From assembly GCA_963693365.1 (NCBI GenBank), contig CAVNZM010000005.1, positions 5,897,167-5,961,166 of the forward strand: DNA of 64,000 bases, read 5' to 3'. The position numbers were made by a program, and so were the translations under genes. Position 1 is the stretch's first letter. The number at the start of each line of letters is the position of its first letter. The notes beneath the pieces were generated by a model, which ran no database searches, had not been told where the DNA came from, and saw only the letters and a program-made list of their open reading frames with translations. This DNA comes from Amoebidium appalachense. Lineage: Eukaryota; Protista; Ichthyosporea. Of this stretch, positions 63,521-64,000 are shown piece after piece.

Positions 63521-63612
<92 letters not shown>

Positions 63613-64000
63613 GTGGGAGATGTACGTACTGGTGGTGACACGGGTGTACGGGTGCGGACGTATGTTCATATGTGTGCACACACGTGCACATGTGTGAAGA
63701 TATGTATGTGTTTGTGTTTGCAGATGTGTGTGTGCGTGTGTGCATGCACACACATGCAGGGCCGATCTCGTGGAAGCAATATTGAACAAGGAGGACAGGG
63801 TGTGGGCGGGGTGGGAGGTTGGAGGGGAAGGGGGAGGAGGAGGAAGGGGGGGGGGGGGGGGGGATTTTTGTGAGGTAGAGAGGGCGAGGGAGTGTAGTTA
63901 GGGGCATGAAACTGGGGTGTGGGAGTGGTAGGGGGGGTCCGCGGGGAAGGGGGGAGGGAGATCAGAGGAGTTTTCAAAAGGAAAGAATAATTTTATAGGT

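Overview
Eukaryotic nuclear DNA, extremely intron-rich and saturated with (AC/GT)n, (AG/CT)n and poly-C/poly-G tracts. Almost every ORF in the supplied track is a microsatellite artefact, so genes were rebuilt by hand from GT-AG exons with phase checks. Contents: (1) 5' part of a minus-strand MgtE-type Mg2+ transporter gene (2969 to <1). (2) A near-complete plus-strand mitochondrial elongation factor G1 gene (>=22 exons, 14126-29311). (3) A disabled BT1/folate-biopterin transporter gene (minus, ~34400-32269). (4) A disabled M20D amidohydrolase gene with an internal deletion (plus, 38251-41763). (5) A 128-aa intronless orphan ORF (minus, 44891-44505). (6) The last 14 exons of an intact MEIOB meiotic ssDNA-binding gene (minus, >63515-51197). 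MEIOB points to an opisthokont; with BT1 and bacterial-type MgtE, a unicellular lineage seems likely (inference). Intergenic DNA holds MITEs, hairpins and decayed fragments. The most unusual signals are intronic: (GT)n/(AC)n-bracketed introns lacking polypyrimidine tracts, polarised C(n)A(m) compound homopolymers, and direct repeats that duplicate splice sites. Family assignments come from recalled motifs, not database searches.
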